A DNA stretch of 64,000 nt from Nageia nagi (taxonomy: Eukaryota; Plantae; Pinophyta): contig JBITNC010000001.1 in the NCBI GenBank assembly GCA_050084985.1, forward strand, positions 135,594,001 through 135,658,000, written 5' to 3'. Both the position numbers and the translations under genes were made by a program. The notes under the pieces were generated by a model. The model was not told the DNA's origin. It worked only from the letters and a program-made list of their open reading frames with translations, and searched no databases. Shown here piece after piece: positions 26,001 through 38,000 of this stretch; position 1 is the stretch's first letter; each line of letters opens with the position of its first letter.

Positions 26001-29000
26001 GGGTTGCAAACCTCATCAAAAATCTAGTCTTGGAGAAGAGCACTTCCAATTAAGTATATGAGGTGGAGGTTTGAATAAATCTGTTCCAACAAATGATTTG
26101 ACTATGGATGGTAGTAATCTATGAAATGTTGAAGTCCAAAACATTGGTTTTATTGATGTTGACCACTGACTCTTACCTGTTGTTGAAGGAGTCTTAAGGC
26201 ATTCACCAAAGACTGTAGATCCTTTGTAATGTGTGAGAGAAGAACAATGTTGTCGGCAAAGAGAAGGGTGGGAACCCACCTACCATGGAGGAGGCAACTT
26301 GTCTTGGCATCGATGGTCTCCAATAGGAAGGACTTGAACTTATCAATGTATAGTTTGAAGAGAGTTGGAGAGAGTGGGCAGTGTTGCTTCACACCAATGG
26401 TACTAAGATTACTATCAAAGAGGCCCTTTGAAGTTCAAACTTGACTTGACAAGGTCTTGTAGAGAGTCATGATGTCTGTTAGGCCAATTTGAGGAAACCC
26501 TAATCGTCATAGTCTATCCATAAATTGGTGTTGTGGAACTATGTCAAATGCTTTCCTAAAGTCCACAAATAAATAATAGATTTAGATCTTACGAAACTTG
26601 GCCTCCTCAATGATTGCCCAAAGGGTGAGGATGGGGTTGGTGGTGTAATAGTCTTTGTGGAAACCAATTTGCCCTTTTGCTTTAAAAGCTCTTATCATCT
26701 GCAATTTATGAAATATAGTCCTGTAAGATTGTGGCATAAAGTTTGTCCATGGTGTGATCAATGATGTGGTGCTGTAATTACTTGGTTCATTAGGGTCACC
26801 ATATTTGAGGATACAATGGATGATGTTAGAGGTTTAAGAAGTGAGGTAACTAGAGAAAATGGTATTGTTGAAGAGTCTAGATGGCAAGGAGGAGGGTAAC
26901 ATTGGCATATTTTGAGGAGCTCAGCTTGGAGTTTTGAAATCTCAAAGGTTTTTTTGGAGTTGAGCTTTTGGATTGCATTGCAAGTGATTGAGGGGGGAGG
27001 GGGACAGGATGGGAGATGATGCAGTTTGGTTGGGGTCATTGTAGAGTTGAGAGGCAGTTTGCTAGTCGTGAAGGATGATACGAATCGGTTTATAGATTTT
27101 GACTAGAAAGGAGTGCCAAAAAGATTTGGAGTTAAGGAGAATAGAAGAGATGACCTCTCGTCGCCTCTTGGCTAAGAATTAGCATTTCTTAGTCATTAGG
27201 AAGTTATTATGAGATTGAGTGGGTGGAAGAAGAGGAAAAATCAAGGGTGATTGTATGTTTGAGGTGGTTGTGATTGTCCTTACAATCCGTGTCAAACCAT
27301 TGACTAATCAATTAATGAGTTGGTGGTTGTGGGCAAGGTGATGGGTGAGTGTTATGGGGCGAAGCCTGAAGGGTTGTGGATGGGAGTCTATCAACAAGAA
27401 AAAGGGTCTGGGCATCAATGGAGGGGAATGATTGCATGTCATGGAGCTTTTGTTTTAGGATGATTTTATATAAGGGAGAGAGGGCCGAATCAAAGTGGAT
27501 GATCATACGAAGGGAGGATTATGTGGTGGCTGAAGTGTAGGGGGAGGGAGAGGCGAATGAGCCAAGAGGAAGAGGCTCAGGTGGGCATGGTTAGTAAGGG
27601 GGAGACAAGGAGAAACTCGAAAAGGTTGGACATGGGTGATGAGCAAAGGATTTGGAGAAAGAAAGAAAAAGTATATTAATGTCCATGGGTGATCAAAAGC
27701 GGTCAATGGGACTGTTAAGTACAATCATGCTCATGGAGCCCGCAAAGCCCAACCTGGGCAGCAAATAGATAAAATAAAGACCTAAATGCATAAAAGATTA
27801 ACTAATCAAATACAACCACAAAAATGCTACAACCCTAAAAGGGAGGTACAAATTTTGGTAGATCCACAGGGAGGTCGTCCTAGGTCTCTTCAAGGGGAGA
27901 ATATGGCGGTACTCCTTGCTTTAGGGACCCCGCTAATTGCTATGAGAAGCCTCTATGGTACTATTGATGGTTGAGAAAGTTGTGATTTGTCACATCCTTG
28001 ACGATGATTGGGTGTTCTGGGTACGTCTCTTGGTCCTACGTAGCGGTTGTATAGGCTCAACTTTGTCTCCTATGAGCCCCTTTAGGAGAAGGAGCTCAGA
28101 AGAAGGATGTGATGCGTTGAACCTCGGTCGTCTATTGAGCATGAGCTAGGAGGCACCTCCAAAGAAGGAAGGCCTCTCGAAGATAGAGCGCTTGACAACG
28201 TTGGTTTGGATACGGGATGAATGTGGCTAACGAGCTGAGCTTGTTGGAAGAGGCAATGGTATCGACCTTGAATCTCGTAGTAAACCGTGCACTGGAAGAC
28301 AAAATGGTCCTTAGAATCAGTCTCACGGGAGCAAAGGCGACAAACTCGTAGATCTCTATCTATGTGGTGATTTGTCTCCACCCTCAACTGGTGGGAGTAG
28401 ACTCGAAGCTGTTCAAGGTGCATCCTCAACCCCAAAGAGAGATGTAAGCTGGTGTATCCAGGCAGAAGGATCACTCCTCTGTCTAATTGAAGATAACATA
28501 GAGCATAGTGGTCTAGCTTGGGTGTCAACAGTTGGGAGGAGACACCTAAGTGGTCTAAATGAAATCTCTCGGATTGCAGTCAAAGAGTCAGTTGGGGTCC
28601 TAGATGAGTCCTCTGGTGGTAATGGTAATCTCTTTGGAGAAAACCCAAATCTTTGAAGCATCTTGGAAATCTCGGCGAGGTCAATTGAGGAAGCCAAAGC
28701 TCTCAACAGAAGCTTGGTTGTAACTCTCCCCCGGATAGAAAAACGTTGGAGGCGTTGAAGATAGAGGACAATGTAAGCAAGGATTGACACCAAAAGGTGT
28801 TGACAACCAAACTCTGCAAGTATGATAAGATGTGGGACTGTCCTCTTACTCCGAATGAAGTGAGATAGGAAAGTGAACAAGATCGTCTCTATAGAGGTCC
28901 AATTCACTACTCTCAAGCTGGAACCGCAAATATCAACTTCGTACAAGGTTGTGGGTGTGACCAAGGTCTGGAACAACTCTAACTTGGATCATACATCTTG

Positions 29001-32000
29001 AAAGTGTATCTGGATGCCTTGTCTCTCTAATGTGGAAATTGCCGCATAACCTCGACGAAGTCTGGGTGGTGCTATTGTCCGCATGGAGAACCTCGGTCCA
29101 GAGAAGAGAACTCCTAGGTATGTGTAGGTGGATGTAGACTTGATAGGATTGTCACGAAAAGTGATATGGATCTAGTCTAGTGTGGCTTTCGAAATATTGA
29201 AAGCCACCACCTTAGTCTTGCTAAGGTTCACCACAAGCTCCTATCTATCATTTAAGGCATCCAAAGCATCTATCAGGCTTTGGAGACCCGCAACTGATTG
29301 AGAAAGTAGTACAATGTTGTCAACAAAGAGTAGGATGGGAACTCGACTACCATGAAGAAGGCATCCTGACTTGGGGTTGGTGGTCTCAAGGATAACGGAA
29401 TCAAGCTCATCAATGTAAAGACCAAATAAAGTCGGTGAGAGGGCATCCTTGCTCCACTCCAATAGTGCTAAGAATGCTCTCAGAGAGCCCATCTAGTGTG
29501 AGAACCTGTCCCGAAAGATTCTCATAAAGTGTCGAAATGGCTACTAGACCAGTCTCTTGAATGCCCAAACTCCACAATCGATCCATGAGTCTATGCCGAG
29601 GAACAATTGCAGAGGCCTTCCTAAAATCGACAAAACAACAAAAGATTGGCATCTTTCGGAATCTAGCCTCCTCAATAATCACTTTGAGAATGAAAACGTG
29701 ATCAATGGTGTGATGATCTCTACGAAAGCCTGCTTGACCTACTGCTCGAAGCCCCCAAGAGTCAGCCATCTGTGAGAGGTAACCCTCCACGATCGTGGCA
29801 TATAGCTTGGCCAAGATGTGGCCAATCATGATAATGCGGTAATTGCTTGGCTCGTTGTGGTCATCGGATTTGAAGATGGGATGGATGATGTTGGAAGTCC
29901 AAGAAGGCAGGAAACTGGAACAAATTACATCATTAAAGAGCTTGGATAGGAAGGGAGGGAGGGTATGTATGGCATGCTTGAGGAATTCCGCTTGAAGGTT
30001 TTCAATGTCGGGTGCTTTCTCGGAGGAAGGTCTTTGGATGGTGGAATGGATGATGATAGGAGAGAAGTTTGAGGTGGGTGGTTGAGTGAATTTGATGGGC
30101 TGGGTATGACTGATGATGGTGTAAAAGCAAGAGGCGTACTCCTTCCAGTCATGAATAGAGATGGAATTCGAAGTGTGTTTTTTGGTAAGAAGGAGCGCCA
30201 ACATGATTTGGGATTGGAGCGAATGGAGGAAATGACCTCTAATCTCCTTTTGGCCACGAAGTGATGTTTCTTGGTCCTAAGGAGACAACAGTAATATCGA
30301 TGAAGAGCAGTGGTGGAGGGAGATCCAAGTTCACTTGCAATGGATCGTTGAAGACAACAGTGGAGTTCCTTACAATCAAAATCAAACCACCTATTCATCG
30401 AACAATTACCAGGGCGACGAAAGCGAGGGAGGCTAGTAGTGTGCGGGAAGGCTTGGAGTGCTCCTGTGCTAAGGGAATCAACCAAAAAAAGTGTCTGGTC
30501 TGCAACCGAGGGGAGCAAATGTAAGCCAATGAGTTTCTGTTGTAGGATATGGTTGTAAAGGGGGTCATGCTCACGATCATAGAGGATGGTTGTGCAAGGG
30601 GCTCTGGGGTGGGTAAGATAGCGGGGTGGGAAAGTGGGAGGTAGTCCCACAAGGATAAAGTGAGGTGTGCATGATCGGAAAGGGGAAGGCATGGGGCAAC
30701 TCAGGAGGCATCGATGTGTGAGATAAGTGGGGGACTAGAGAGGATGTAGTCGACTACGCTGGAGCCCCCAACATTGGGGTAACAAGTGTGGTGGCAGGAA
30801 TGATGGAACCGAGCCATACCATTAAGAATAAGAAGATCATGTATCTCACCAAGCTCAAGAAGGAATGCCATAACCTAAGGGGGTATGAAGTTGGCGGAGT
30901 CTCTCTAGAGATCTAGAGGGCAATCAAGTATCTGTTTGTGCAGCGGGTCCGTAATGCTATCAAAGTAATGGGTATATAAATTCCCAATCCTATTGTTAAA
31001 GTCTCCCAACAACATAATTTGGATGGAGTATTTGGTGATCTCTAGAAAGAGGTCAAGATAGGGGGATTCACTCGTATCCGAAATAGCATAATCGAGGTCG
31101 CAGGTGGAAAAGTAACAATTGGCAATAAATAACCTCTTGAGGGGTGGGGCTCATGCTAGAGAAATCCAGATGTAGTGAGCATTTGTGTCAATGCCCACGG
31201 ATCCTTGGAAGTAAGCGATCGTTGACAAGAAAGGCCACACCCCTTGATCCTTGTCCACTAAAACTTGTACGACCTGAAGTCTTGTAGGTAGAAATCCAAG
31301 TAAAACTTGGAAAGGGAGGGAGCCTCGTAACCAAACTCTCATGTGTCTCAGACAAAAGAATCAAATCTGACTGATGGATATTGTCGTGAACTGAACCAAG
31401 AGAGGACTAAAGCATTCCATAGCAGTTCCACACTGAGATTGTAAGTACTGAGAGGTTTGGAGAGGCTCTCGGTTGGTGTCATTTGTCAAGGGGCCAAGAT
31501 TTAGGCCAACTTGCATGAGGGGAGTCTCTGATCCAAGCTTGATAGTTCTGTATCATTGCCCACTTACCCAATTTTCTAGCTTTCGCAATCTTCTTCCTAG
31601 TTGTAGCAAATTCTTGGGCTTGCATCTGTGTAAAATCTTCATCAATGTAGATGTGATCAAATAGTGGAGGGATCTTTTTGGCCCTTAAAACAGAGAGTCT
31701 ATTCTCGGTGAATGGAATTACACGAGTAAGGAGGAATTCTTTGCAAGCCAAGCTCAGACTATAGGTGTGATGTTGGAGCCATCAACATGGGGGAAGTAGA
31801 TGTGATGGTTGGGAGTGAGGGAAACAGGCAATACCATTCATGTTAATAAAGTTGTGGGTCTTGCCAAGATTGAGAACGAATATCCCATATGCTAAAGGAG
31901 GCATAATGTTCGTAGATGCCCTCTGGAGGAGACATGATCAAGAGCCTAAAGGTGAAGAGGATGAACCTTGTCAAAGTATTGGTTGTGAAGATTCTTTTTC

Positions 32001-35000
32001 CTTCTATTGAAGTCATCCACAAGCATAATCTCATCTTGTACCGAGTATCTAGAGATCTTTGGAAAAAAGTTCAAAAATGGTGATTCTCCTAACCCCTGTA
32101 TGACATAATGCAAAGTCGATGGTGGGAAGTAGCATCTTGATATGTATACTCCCTTGAGTGGTGGGGACCTTGAGATGGAGATCCATATGTACCATGCATG
32201 GGTATCAATATCCTCCACTCTAATCCTGGGTAGCACGTATAGTTGACTAGGAAGGCCACACCACTTGAACCAACAACTCTTGTTGCCTGACTATGTGGGA
32301 GTCTTGTATCCATGTATATCTTGAAAATGGGGGAGGCCTCTAATAGAGTTTTTGTGTGTCTTGGTAAATAGTATTAAGTCCATGTGATGGATGATGTCGC
32401 AAATTAACCCTAGAGAAGACCAAATCATGCTAGTATAGTTCCAAACTGTGAATGAGAGAACTAAAGGATTTTCTTGTAGGTGTCATTTAGAGAGTTCGAG
32501 ATGCGACCACCTTGGAGTTGGGATATCATGAATGACAACCTTGCAATCGTGGGTGATCACTCATTCGTTCTCTTTGCTAGTGGCAACGACCAAGGTCAGT
32601 GCATTTTGAAACTCCTACACTTGGAGTCGTGTGAGATTGGCATCCAAATAAATTTTGTTGGAAAGAAAGAATAATTTCTTCTTCGCTCTCAAGGCTTGTA
32701 AATGTTCCCCTTTTGATTGGAAACATGTAAGAAGGGTGTTATTTCAGGTTGTCCAAGCCTTTTTTGGAGAGATGTTCTTCAAATCCAAGGATCCATGTAG
32801 GAAGACATGGCTAATCTATAAAGGATCTATGGTTTTAGGGAAGCCACAAACTTGAAGATTAAGCTCTTTGGTATGGTGTATACTTTCGTCTTCAAATTTT
32901 GGTTGCATTGCCATTTCAACAACGAGAATCTTCTTACTTTTGATCACTTGTACCCATGAATTATGTTCTTCCACCTGCTTTTGGATGAATTGTTGTTGAG
33001 CTGTTCTTTCTTGTTTAAGATGTTCCTTTTGTGTAGTAATCTTTGATTATTTATCTTGGATTTTAGAGACCACATCATGGAGTTGTTGAAATTGTTGGTT
33101 TGGGATTTATTCTATCTTTTAACTTGGTTATAAGATTGTCTTTTTCTTTTAATTGTTATTGGAGAAGTCATAAAAATTCGCCAAAGCCATTCCCCATGTG
33201 CTCCACTTAAGCGATGTAGTTGCACATTATACGATAATTCAACTTTGGTGTTTTAGGTCAACAAGATTTGGGTGTCTTGGGGTATGGAACTCCTTGGGGA
33301 CAGGGCGTATTCATCTTGTCTATCTCTCTCTATTTACCTTTGTCCACATCTATCTATCACATATTGTTTCTATCTTTGTTTCACCTTTTCTGTTTGTTCT
33401 TTTTTTAGTTTTTGTCCATGGTATGAGGCAACAAAATGAAAAATTGGAGAGGGGATAATGTGCAAGAAATCAAATGTGTGGTTTAACGCAAATAGACAAA
33501 GATGGATAGTAGAAGATGAGTTTCAAATGCTTGACTGTGTTTACCTTGAGGTATGTGTGGTCATCTTTGGTCTTTAGGAGATACAAATGGACAATGTAAG
33601 TGTGGAGGTTAGGAAACAATGTGAACGCGTAATGGACGTCAGAGGGACAAAGGATTGAGGGTGCTCGCGTAGGTTAGATGCAAATAAAGGTCAAAGATGA
33701 ATACTAAGAGAATCAATTGTTTGATCCATGATCTCATCCTTTAGAGTTTTGCAAACAATCTTACTAAGGCATGATAAACAACGATTTATCATGTCTGCCG
33801 ATTGATTCTCGAAGATGATGCAAATGCATGATGGGGACATGTGATGCAGACGAATGTTTCTAGATGTACTTGAATGGATGACAAAGGTGCGAAGGCGAAT
33901 TGAAGATAATTATAATATAGCTTGTGTTCTCTTGATCCTAATTAATTATTAATGTTGTATTAATATTTTCATGTTTTGCATTCGATTTTATGTATCTTTG
34001 CGTTCATGTATTACTATGAAAGAAACCTTTTTTTAATATTTTATCTAATATTTTTGAAAATACTCTAATTTAATGTATTTTTTGTTTGCCATCACTGGAT
34101 GTTCCCAAAAAAATTGAACCTGTCGTCACCAACGTATTGGAAATCTGTCCTGCCATCCTCGTCCCCAACACTTATTCTTGAGCATTTCTATTGTTTTAGA
34201 TGCTTCATTTTAAAAAATATGAAGTTACAAAACTAATAGATACAGAAAGCATCCCTCATTTGAACCAAAGTTTCTCTTATTTTGAATACTTAACCTGTTT
34301 GAGTTGCATTCAAAGAGAATATGTTGGTTACAAAAATTAATGGTCATTCTTAATAATGTTTGTTGACCAGAGCAAAGCAAGAATAAATTATTGTTCATTT
34401 TGTCAGGAGTGGTCTTCAAACATAATTGTTCGAATTTGTATTGTGCTTGTTTACTAAAAGGAGCTGTAAACAGAAGTTGTTTTCCTTTTTTTTTTAATGC
34501 AAGAGAAATGCTGACTGTCCTTTCATGATGAATGATTCTCAGTAGATAGAATTTCTGGTTCTGGTTACGAAATAATGTACTGGCTCACAGGCTTCATGCT
34601 TTTTCATGGCAATTATTTTTCAAAATGTTTGAGAAGTATTTACAAGTCAATTATCAACTGCCTCTTGCATGTAAGCTCCCATTAGGATAATTATTAGATG
34701 GAAAATCTCTTATACTTTTCAATGCCTCAGTCTCTGCTGTAGGGATATCTTTTATCAACTTTTCAATTCAAAAAGCAGATATTTTTTGATTGCAGATACA
34801 TTCTTTTGCCTAATTTTGATTATTAAAATGGTGTATCAGATAAATGCAAGTTTGATAGCAACTACTACAATCTTTTGTATGGTTTAAACTTTAAACACAT
34901 CGTGTTGCTTAGCCAAAAGCAAGGGTCCACCGGAGCGCGCTTTGGGAGTTCCCGGATGAACTCCGGCTGCTCCCGTCGATTTGGAGCGGGCCACTGGAGC

Positions 35001-38000
35001 AGCTCCTGATGTTCCGGATTGGATGGAGTGGATCAGACCCAGGCTTTTGCCTTCCAGAGCGTCATCGGAGCGGCTAAAAACAATTGCACATGATTTTTTT
35101 TAAAAAAGGGTCAAAACTTAAATAAAAAGCATAGTTGGATACTTGATACTTATGGTTTTGCTATTTTGGGCCTTTGGCATTTTGCTACTATGACATTATG
35201 ACTCATTTTGATATTATGACATTATGTACTACACTGATTCATACTTGTTTATGATTTAATGACATTATGGCTTGTTTTGATTTCTCATTTTTGCCTTTCA
35301 TATTCATACTTGATTACTATTATGATTTAATCATTATGTTTTGTAATTTAAATTCATATTTGATAGTAAAAATGAATTAGAAACAATGAACATGAAAAAA
35401 TCTAAAATCCTAGGGATTTTCTACTAGCCGTTCTGCCTGCCGAATCAGAGCTGCTCCCTAAAAATGACCCTCTGCAGCTCCGGACTTCCTAAGCGCGCTC
35501 CCCCGCTCCCGACTCACCGTGGAACCTTAGCCAGAAGCAATCATTTACCAAGGCATCTTGAAAGTTTTCTTTTTGGCGACAATATTTACTTTGGTAGTGA
35601 ATAGATGTCTCTATATGGGTTACTATATGCTATCATATTTTGTATTAGATTTTTTATAAGTCCTTGTACATGGTAATTTTGTGTTTTGTACTCTTTTGTA
35701 TGGTTTGGAATTTGTTGTTAATACTACGAAGAAAACAAATTGAATAAATATTTTTTTTTTGATTAATGGTTATGAAGGGGTTTTTGAAAGGCCCTATCCT
35801 TTTTACAAAATAGTTTGGAATTCGAGACATGTCATCATCCTATGACATTTGAGACATATCACCATCATGTGAGGAATGAGATTTGAACTTGGAACTTTCT
35901 TCATATCATTTGAGAGTTTTCACACCCATTATTCTCCCAGCTCCCCTAACATTTCGTGATATAACGAAAATAAATATGATTGAAGAAAAGGAACAAGATT
36001 TTAATACAAATCATACAAACAAGAAACACAGAAGAATTATTATGTGGCATGCATTTTTCATCAATATGGAATACTAACCTATCTCGTATATCTGTGTCAT
36101 GTTCATTGCATCAACTTTAATATGCTAAGCTCTTTAACAATATTATTGGCCAGTAATGAATCATAGAGGCCTATGGTTTTGTTTTTCTAGGACCCTCACT
36201 AAGCGATCATGTTCATGTTTCTTTCAAAATAATTGCCTGAATGCCTTTCGGGGTTAAATAAAATAGATCACACATCCTTTCCCAGCAGCCTTTCCACAGC
36301 GACAGGGTTTTGAATACCGATAGGACTTGCCTTCATATAAGGAGATGATGATAGCCTTGATTTTTCATGCTTGAATTTTTTTGTTTTTGATGGATGCTTT
36401 GTTTCTGTTTTCGTGGATAAACCTGTGTCTTCTTGGCACTCATGTGCATGTTGGAAACTTCATCATAAATCTTATTGATTTGCTTCTTGGTTTACAGGCT
36501 TATGCTGGATCACAAACACTACAGAGTATTATCTTACTTAGCACTGGAACGAATAAGGATGGGGGTTATCTTGCTCCACGTGGTGTATTTCTCTGTATGT
36601 ACATGGGCTTGACAGTTATATGGGCAATTTTAAACACCTTTGCTCTCAATGTGATTGCTTTCATTGATACTATTTCAATTTGGTGGCAGGTATAGCTTCC
36701 GGTTAGATTTTCGTTCTATTGATGAGGCAAATTGAATAATGGAAGCCAGAATGTTAGGTTTCTTGTGCTATAATGTAAAAATCGATATCTGGTATTTCAC
36801 ATGATATTTGTAGCTTCTCTGAGGTGTTTGTGGAATATGTTTCGTTGCAGCTTAGTTGGTATATTTGATATTTCCTTTAATTTAGACAAAAGTTAAAGTT
36901 AGATCTTATTGTGCACATTGAGTAGTATGCAGTTTTTTTTTTCAATTGAACGTTGTTTTAAAGAATCTATTGGTATGAAGAAAAAAATCCATGTATATGT
37001 ATGTCATGCTATATCCATTACTCAGTCCTCTAGTGAACACTTGTGCAAGTTTTCGTTTTACCTTATATGGTGTCAACTGTGGTGCAGGTGATAGGAGGGG
37101 GAGTTATTGTTGTTATCCTTCCACTAGTTTCGAAAACTACTCAATCTGCATCATATGTATTCACGCACTTCGAGACTTCTCCTGATTCAACTGGAATACA
37201 CAGCAAGGCATACGCTGTAGTTCTTTCCTTCCTTGTAAGTCAGTATTCACTCTATGGCTACGATGCTGCAGCACACCTCACTGAAGAAACAAAAGGTGCA
37301 GACATCAATGGTCCAATAGCAATACTCTCAAGTTTAGGAATTATATCAGTTTTTGGATGGGCCTACATCTTAGCTCTTACTTTTAGTATTCAGGTAATTG
37401 TGGTAATAGTACATCACTCAATAATGTATTTAAAATTAATTTTCAATGCAAGCTTTTAATCTCAATATATAGTATATTATCTCATGATAGTACCATAGTC
37501 TTTGGTTTATTTGTATAGGTTCCAACTAAGTCTGACTGTTTGATCTATGTCCTTCCACCAGGATTTTAAATACCTTTACAATCAAGATAACGAAACTGCT
37601 GGAAGCTTTGTACCAGCACAGATTTTATATGATGCATTTCATGGGCGATATCATAATTCCATTGGTGCAATTGTTCTACTCGTTGTTATATGGGGTTCTT
37701 TTTTCTTTGGGGGCCTTTCAATCACAACAAGTGCTGCACGTGTTGTATGTTTCTGAACTCTTAGTATTCTTGTTCTTTTGATTCAAAAAGGCATACAAGC
37801 TGAACATAAATATATTGACTAACTTGGATTCTTATAAACACAATAGTTTTAAGTTCAAAGGAATTGTTTAGTGCATAACTTTGGATCTCATGATAGGCTT
37901 TGCAACATATTCTGCTTAATATAATAAATTCTGACGAGGAGGATATTTTCAGCTTCCTTTTCAAGTATTCTTCCTAATAGAATACATTTTGTTTTGTAAG

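Larger units (their letters stand above)
13734..36497 (+). other. Intron 3 of the BAT1-like gene (22,764 bp, TE-filled)
   Basis: GT donor and TTTACAG acceptor. The exons join as GIGTQ|AYAGSQ. Confidence 0.93.

Noticed and set aside
36381-36497. N-terminal parts of ORFs 36381, 37043, 37547 and 38020 as coding
   Set aside because: Open-frame read-through into introns upstream of canonical AG acceptors.
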